Below, piece by piece: positions 57,173-64,000 of a DNA stretch of 64,000 bases. A program made the position numbers and the translations under genes. The notes beneath the pieces were generated by a model. It was not told the origin of the DNA. It ran no database searches and saw nothing but the letters and a program-made list of their open reading frames with translations. Numbering within the stretch: the first letter of the stretch is position 1; each line of letters begins with the position of its first letter. Origin of the DNA: Rhina ancylostomus (taxonomy: Eukaryota); the NCBI GenBank assembly GCA_030265395.1, contig JARFYF010000119.1, positions 50,257,903 through 50,321,902 of the forward strand. The letters are read 5' to 3'.

Positions 57173-60014
57173 AATGAATCCATGAATTACAGCTGGATTG
57201 GGCAAGGCAGTTTGTTTGCTCCATCAAAATACTCCCTGATCGACCATTCTGAAAGCTCGATTGTATAGAGCAGGGAAGCATTTAGTGCAAGCTTTTATTG
57301 TAAAGAGCAGAGACATATTCTGTTTGACAGCAATGATTCTGCATTACTGGTGCTTACTCCTGTGCTATTAGTTCATGACATGTAGAGATAAAGGTGCCAT
57401 CAATCCAGTGGCAAATGTCACTGTTCACAATAAAGATTTCAGTNNNNNNNNNNNNNNNNNNNNNNNNNNNNNNNNNNNNNNNNNNNNNNNNNNNNNNNNN
57501 NNNNNNNNNNNNNNNNNNNNNNNNNNNNNNNNNNNNNNNNNNNNNNNNNNNNNNNNNNNNNNNNNNNNNNNNNNNNNNNNNNNNNNNNNNNAAGAGGTGG
57601 AGGCTGGTGGGATTGATTTTCCTGTTGACTTCTGCCTAATTTTACAGGTCTAGTGGCCTCTAAGGACTTGTCAGTTCTGTTACTGGTTCCGGTAACCAGC
57701 AGGAACAGCATTTTCACATAGTAAGAATGAGAGTTAAGTGTTTATTTCTTTCAACATGGGGACAATTTGCTTAATATCTGGCATGCCAGATGCCAGAGGT
57801 AAATCAGGCCCATATCAAGTACTTCTCCAGTGCAGCTGGGGGATAAAGGTATTTGGTAAATAATGGGAACTCTACCATAAATCAATAAATATCATTGATC
57901 GAGGCCCAGATCAGGCCAGAATACAACTGATGCTTCGAGAAAACTGTTGGTTAACACCGGGTGTGAATCAGAGCATTGCCATCGATGGTAGCAATGCATT
58001 GCAACATGGATTGTTTGATATCCTACTTTGTCGCTGGATGTGGCATCAAATCCAGGAGCAGAACTTGTTGTGCTGACAGAGGAGGAGGGAAGGTGCTATT
58101 TTTATTTGGCCTCCCTTGCTTGTACCAGCCATACAGTATGTATCATAAATCCAGTCATCTAGATTAACTAAACTTGATTGAAAAGTTAGGTGCAGGTAAT
58201 TTTTTTTCCCTTTATTTCACTTAATTTTAATGTTTTCAATTAGCTTAAATTAATTGTTTTTTTTAGTATTTTGTATTGTTATTTATTTTAACACTTTTCA
58301 GAAGTATTTACACATATTTGAACTGTGTTTAAATGGCTTTGATCATCAAAGGCATTCAGAAACAATTGCACAAGCTTTAGACACACTAACTGCCAAAAGG
58401 GTATGAGGGCACTTTAGAGACGGTGCATCGGGATTCACCACCTGAAGCTCAGTCATTTGCAAAATGGCTGTGGGCCAGACCTGTACAGATAGCAGGGTTG
58501 GGGGCTGCGGACTTGGGGGGCTGGTGGCATTGGGATGACCTGGCCTAATACGTCCATATTACAGACTGGATTCCCCAACCAAGTCACAGTAATTATTGGA
58601 ATCACTCAATACACAAGGCAAGTTTTTCAGCTGCTAAAAAAAATGATTAATATTGTGATAAAAGATCAATTCTGAGAAGTATTTGTGATTGGATTCAGTC
58701 ATGTTACCTTTTCAAATGTTGTCCTTGCTCAATATCATTATTAAATCTTCCACCAACACTAAGCTTTTTTCAATAATCCTGAACAGTAATTGCCTCTTTG
58801 GTTCTATTTATTTTGCCACACAATTTACTAGTAACTGAAATGTTCATGCTCATTTTTCCCTCCTCAATTATTTGTAAAAGGATTTGAATGGACAAGGTAG
58901 CCCCAGATTGATTCCTAAGATGTTTTTATTCTGCTGTAGATAAAATTGGTCTACAATTTCAATGCATTGTGGTGTCCTTTTTTTTAAAAAACAGGGCATA
59001 CACATGAAGATGATATGTTTCTGGGACAGATGTTGACTCTGACCATTTCTGAGTCAAATTGGGCTATACTGCAAATTTGACAAGGCACTTCCAGCTCTGA
59101 TTTGCCCTTGCTTATCTGATATTAGTGTTAGGCATGCATGAGATGACTTTAAACACAAGTACCATTTTAAGATAACTCCTTTGAGCAAGTCTACCATATA
59201 ACTGGGAATCTAACTCAGATAGATTTCCTTAATTTTTTATAATTTACCTCCCCTCCTCAAGCCCCTCAACTCATCCATCAAACTGATATCCCAATAATCC
59301 CCCACTTCCCACTGACCTCATTACCCTCCCCAACAGGCTCCACTCTCATGACCCAGGTTTTACTGAGGTGCAACCAGTTTTCACCACTGGTTTTGAGAGT
59401 AGATCATCCTCAGTTTCTGGCTTTGGTTGGCTCTGATTGCAAGTGTCTCTCTCTCCTCTCTCCCCAAAGAGGCCCCTGTCCCTGCCATTAGAACAGGCCA
59501 TGCAATCATAACCAAAGTTGTTGCTGTGCTGAGCAAGGACACCGGCTGGCATTTAACAGTTCCGATCAATCTCCCACAACCCTAAACACTTCCTGTCCCC
59601 TGAGACACTTTCAAACACTTGAGTTTCCAATCGCCAGTTCTATGCCAAAGCCTCTGATGACCCATAGTCCAAACTTCTTCAGACATTGATTCTTTGATAT
59701 CCCCACACAGGCTGTTCTGATCAACACCTACCTCATGGTAAACCCTCCCTCCCATCGATGCACACAAACTCTTCCCTGCCAATCTTCCCTCCTTGAATCC
59801 TTCCTTTCACTATCTGTTTATTTGCTGTGCTTGGTCACTCTGCCTATCCACTGGGAGCCAGACAGCCTCTTATTCCTGTTGGTGTGGCTGGGAAACCAAG
59901 ATGAATGGTGGTCATCAGTCCTTCATGTTAAGTTTGAAGGAACTGAGGAAAACTGGTAATCCAGATTTTCCATTGCCAAACAGAAACCTTTACCTACTCA
60001 TTTTCATTGAGACA

Positions 60015-60312
60015 TAGCAGAAGGCCATTCTATACCAGCTCATCAATCCCAATCTTACATCTATTTTCTCTGCAATTTACTCTCTCTCATATGCTCATCA
60101 ACTCTGATTCTCCTGTCACCCAAATACACTGAGGGCAATTTCCAGTGGACAATTAAAATACTAGGATGTCTTTGGAAAACTGGAGCACCAGGGAAATTTA
60201 GACAGCCACAGGGAAACCCTGCCAACTCCACACAGACAGTACCCAAAGTGAAGATTAAACCTGGGTTACTACAGGGGTGAGACAGCTGCACTACCTGCAG
60301 AACCACTGTACC
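60015..60312 (-). mobile_element. HE1-type V-SINE, decayed
   Basis: GGAAAACTGGAGCACC...ACTCCACACAGACAGTACCC...AAACCTGGGT...GTGAGACAGC. Confidence 0.75.
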
Positions 60313-60591
60313 GATTGTGCCAGATGCCAGTCTGAGTAAAGTTGGACTCAGGTGTTTCTCTCAAAAGTGAAATTCTTCCAAGTATTGTTCAAGTTAGGCC
60401 TGATATTCAGTTCAGCTAAAGTCAATGACCAAACAGCAAGGTGCCTCCTGTATCCTCCTCATCCAATTTCACCTACAGTATGTTAAGACCCCTGCTGTGT
60501 GGTTAGAAACCATATTTCCTCACTCAGTAGCAAGGACTCTGCCATTAATTCAAGCTGATACACATTAAGTCATTGTATCAACAGCAGACAT

Positions 60592-60982
60592 TGTCACAAT
60601 GTTGAGTAAAGACCAAGCTCACAGAGAACACAAATGCAGCACACTGGTACAAGACTGGAGTCAGGATGCTTCCTCAAGACCAAACACAGGCAGCAACCAG
60701 AAGGAATCCTGCTTCGGGGAACTGAGGGGGAGTCCCAATGGGAACTGGATATCCAAAGAGTAACAAGCAGGACTGCTCTAGAGTTGACCACTCTAAGCAA
60801 CCAGGAGCCAAATGTTGACCAATACTCTGGCAACCAGTGCTAGAGAAGCCCAGGTACTTATGCTAGGCCCCTGATGGGCTTAGGTGTATGTTATGCAATC
60901 AGTCAAGCATGGAGTTCATGTGTTGTACAACAAGGCATCATCAAAGGACCCAAACTGAGGGCCAGCACTCGGAACCATGACA
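60592..60982 (-). mobile_element. Complete solo-LTR-like element (~391 bp)
   Basis: TGTCACAATG...GGAACCATGACA, colinear with the reverse of 9543-9949. No clear TSD. Confidence 0.8.
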
Positions 60983-61187
60983 CTCTGACATCTCTCCTGA
61001 ACTTCCCATCCAATACCTTAAAGCTATGCCCTCTTGTCTTGAGCATTGGTGCCCTGGGAAAGAGGCACTGGCTGTCTACTCTAATATAAATCTAATTAAT
61101 AATTAATATAATGTAATTTATATAATTATATTCCATTTCACTAACATAAGCTTCTCCTTTAAAAAAAGGAGACACTGCTTCTCTCTT

Positions 61188-61206
61188 CCCCCCCCCCCCC
61201 CCCCCC
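61188..61206. repeat. Poly-C tract (C19)
   Basis: Direct count. Confidence 0.95.
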
Positions 61207-61803
61207 AAGTAAGCTTGGTTATAAACCAGTTCACCGTTATTATTAAAGTTAATGGCACTCAGGCACAAACTGGGTACCTCCCACAGCAGAGAAACCAAGG
61301 AAACCCCAGTGGTCCTTGAATGATGAAACACAAAAAAAATGAGGGGCTAATTCTTTAACCAAGAAGTGGACCAAATGTAATAAATTAAGAGAGATGAAAA
61401 GGAAAGTAAGATACAAGAACAGAACAACAGTTAACATAAGAATCCCAGAAGTCCTCAATCAGCATGCAAATGATGAGTTGGGAATATTATGGATAAAGAA
61501 GGCAATATATATGCAAGGCAAGAATACTTAAAGTTAGGTTTATTAAGAATGAGTATGATAAATTATCATCAATAGGAATGGTGCAGATAATGGAGGAAGT
61601 GCAAGATGTGCTGGATATCGTGGTTCTGCTTAGAATGGATAAAGACTAAGGCTTGCATTTTAGATNNNNNNNNNNNNNNNNNNNNNNNNNNNNNNNNNNN
61701 NNNNNNNNNNNNNNNNNNNNNNNNNNNNNNNNNNNNNNNNNNNNNNNNNNNNNNNNNNNNNNNNNCACTACACTACTTTGAGTAACCCAGGTGAGTAATT
61801 ACA

Positions 61804-62080
61804 TTACATTTTGTAGACCCTACCCATTGTAGCCAGTGTGTGCAGCTGGTAGATGGAGAAAATGTTTAGGGTGGTTGATGGTTTGCTAGTGAAGTGAGCC
61901 ACTTTGTCCTGAATGGCATGAAGCTTCTTTGGTGTTGCTGGAGCTGCAGACACCCAAGTAAATGGAGAACATTCCATCATCTTCCTGACTTGCACCTTGT
62001 TGATGGTGGAAAAGATTTATGTTGTTCAGAAGTGTCACTCACCACAGGATACCCAGTGTCTGACCTACTCATGTAACTAC
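61804..62080 (-). mobile_element. Older LINE family, C-terminal ORF2 fragment
   Basis: QVRKMMECSPFTWVSAAPATPKKLHAIQDKVAH...TTLNIFSI...RVYKM (~QVRSxMEYSPLAW...KLDxIQDKAA). Confidence 0.8.
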
Positions 62081-62279
62081 TGGGCATAACCTTTGCCATT
62101 AGCTTTTAGTTGTCCACCATTAATCATGACTACTCATGACTTTGAATCCTGTTCAGGATTGTACACTTTAGATCTGATCCTTTGGTTGTGTGATAGCATG
62201 CTGTTTCTACAATTTAGTATGCATGCAGATTGTTATATCTTCAACAGATTAACACCCCACTTTTGGTTTATCTGTGCAC

Positions 62280-63000
62280 TTTGCCCCTGAAGTGATGTTA
62301 ACAGTGAAGTGGTTGATATGGTGGGCCATGATGTTACATAGTGTGATGAAGTACGGTGTTGTGCTGATAGTCCACTGCTGCTCAATCTGTTCGACATCCA
62401 TCTCATCGGGCACAATGGTACTGTCACACAGCATGGTGGAGGAAGGGGTCAGTGTGGTGACATTGCAATACAGATACCTTAGGGATAGATTCGCCTTCAA
62501 TCCACAGAGTGATGAAGGTAAAATTGAATAGGTTTCTTCCACTCATATTGTTTTCTTTCCACCAGCTGGTCGGTGCCAAATCTGCAGGTGGGTGATCCAT
62601 GGTGATGCCACTTAGCCACCCTTGATGATGGACATTCAAGCCTTCCCCCCAATGTATTTTCTGTGGCTTTGCTACATTCAGTGTTTCTTCAATTTGATAT
62701 TCACTTGAGGGAAGACTGATTCATCATCTGCACAAGGATGGTAGTCAGTGATTAGTGGGAGGTTCTACATCTGATTCAATGGCATATACCTGAAAGATAT
62801 GATTCTGTGAGAATGAACGTGTCAGGCTATTGCTTGATTTAGGCTGTCCAATTTAAGCACTCTTTCAGAAACTTGTGAGGAGAAACTTCAGGCTCCCTCT
62901 TTTATGTCTGAATCTAGTGCCATGGTCAATGCCAGGTCATCTGCCTGGTGTTAATTTTCTTCTGTGTTGTGATGGTAGTGTGGCACAATTGAGTGCCATG
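62280..63000 (-). mobile_element. Older LINE family, endonuclease region
   Basis: NVHHQGWL (~GDFNVHHQEWL), homologous to 17830-18500. Confidence 0.7.
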
Positions 63001-64000
63001 CCAGATCATTCAATTTTCAGGGGTTTATTTTTGCTAAAATCAAAAATTGCTTTTCCACTTGTTTAAATTGTTCTGTCTTTTTTTCCATTACACATGAACA
63101 ATGCAGAATATGGTCTCAGTCACATCACTCTGGTTATTTTCATTTACCAGTTAATGGATTCAATTTGAATTTCTCTTTCATATCCTAAACTCATTTTGAA
63201 ACTGTATCTCCATACATGAATTATTGCAACAGATGTTATCGCAGTGGAATGTCTTTCACATTATGAAGCCTTTCATTCCTTTACAATTTGCCGTGATTTT
63301 CATGATTTATCAAAAAAATCTGGAAACATAGATATTGTATAATCAATCGGCATTACTTTGGTTGTTTATGGTGCAAATCCTCTTTGACTATGTTATTGTG
63401 ATTTATTTTTATTTACAGTACTTTCCCATTCTGTGTTTTGTTCAACATTGTATATTTATCTTCTCAGTATCAAGCTGCTATTTATTCTTATGAATGTAAA
63501 GGATTTCATAATGTGTGAGCCAGTGAAGACAATTCTGAAAACTGGTTGGATATTAGGGGAATTTTCACATTAATAGATATAGCTGCTATGTGGTTTATAA
63601 TTTAGATAAATTAACACTGATATCTTCAAATTGGGCTATTGATTATTGTAAGGAGATGTTGTCCTCCATTAATGAAATCAGATCACAAGCAGGTCTGAAT
63701 AAATGTACTTGCAATGGACTGGATTGTCAAACCCATCAACCAGCACTTATCTTCTGTTGAAGTTGGTAAGTGGCCACATTGGCCAGTATACTGCAACATG
63801 CAAAGAAGCAGTCTTTTTCAATGACAATCAAGGGCCCATATGGTTGATTGTTATAAATGCAAGTAAGAATAGTCTTATTTCTATTAGCTGAATGAATAAA
63901 AAGACTACCTCTCGCGTGTGCTTTACTTTGTGTCATGTCACCTTCTATGGTGCAGTCTGCAATAATGCAACCAATAATTTGGTTCTGTTGGATTCAACTG

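Noticed and set aside
60587-60990. TSD around the LTR-like copy at 60592-60982
   Set aside because: The flanks GACAT and CTCTG do not match, so no TSD is claimed for this copy.
1-64000. CRISPR array, operons or other prokaryotic systems
   Set aside because: There are no regularly spaced repeat-spacer units and no gene-dense coding; the sequence is vertebrate repeat-rich DNA.

Overview
This is eukaryotic, AT-rich, CpG-depleted DNA with many assembly gaps (mostly ~100 N). Its repeat content points to a cartilaginous fish, probably a batoid (ray or guitarfish/sawfish-type): HER1/CR1 LINEs, HE1-type V-SINEs, Deu-domain SINEs, and Rex1/Babar, RTE and Penelope relics. I found no host protein-coding gene, rRNA, tRNA or CRISPR array. 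The window reads as an intron or gene desert of nested transposon fossils, separated by unique AT-rich blocks that may be conserved non-coding elements. Every recognisable ORF is a transposon fragment. The most notable observations are: (i) a dispersed family of Penelope-type terminal repeats with a decayed hammerhead-ribozyme-like core, one copy next to a Penelope RT fragment; (ii) a V-SINE whose near-identical tRNA-like head carries two different LINE-derived tails (CR1/HER1-like or Rex1-like); (iii) a 33-bp hairpin inside a Tigger-like element; (iv) five copies of a ~400-bp TGTCA...TGACA solo-LTR-like element; (v) a near full-length decayed Harbinger (HARBI1-like) transposase plus a second fragment; (vi) a CCAAT / TGATTGACAG / GTCACGTGAC motif cluster. 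Family names come from motif recognition by eye, not database searches. Repeat boundaries are approximate (about +/-20-50 bp) unless termini are quoted.
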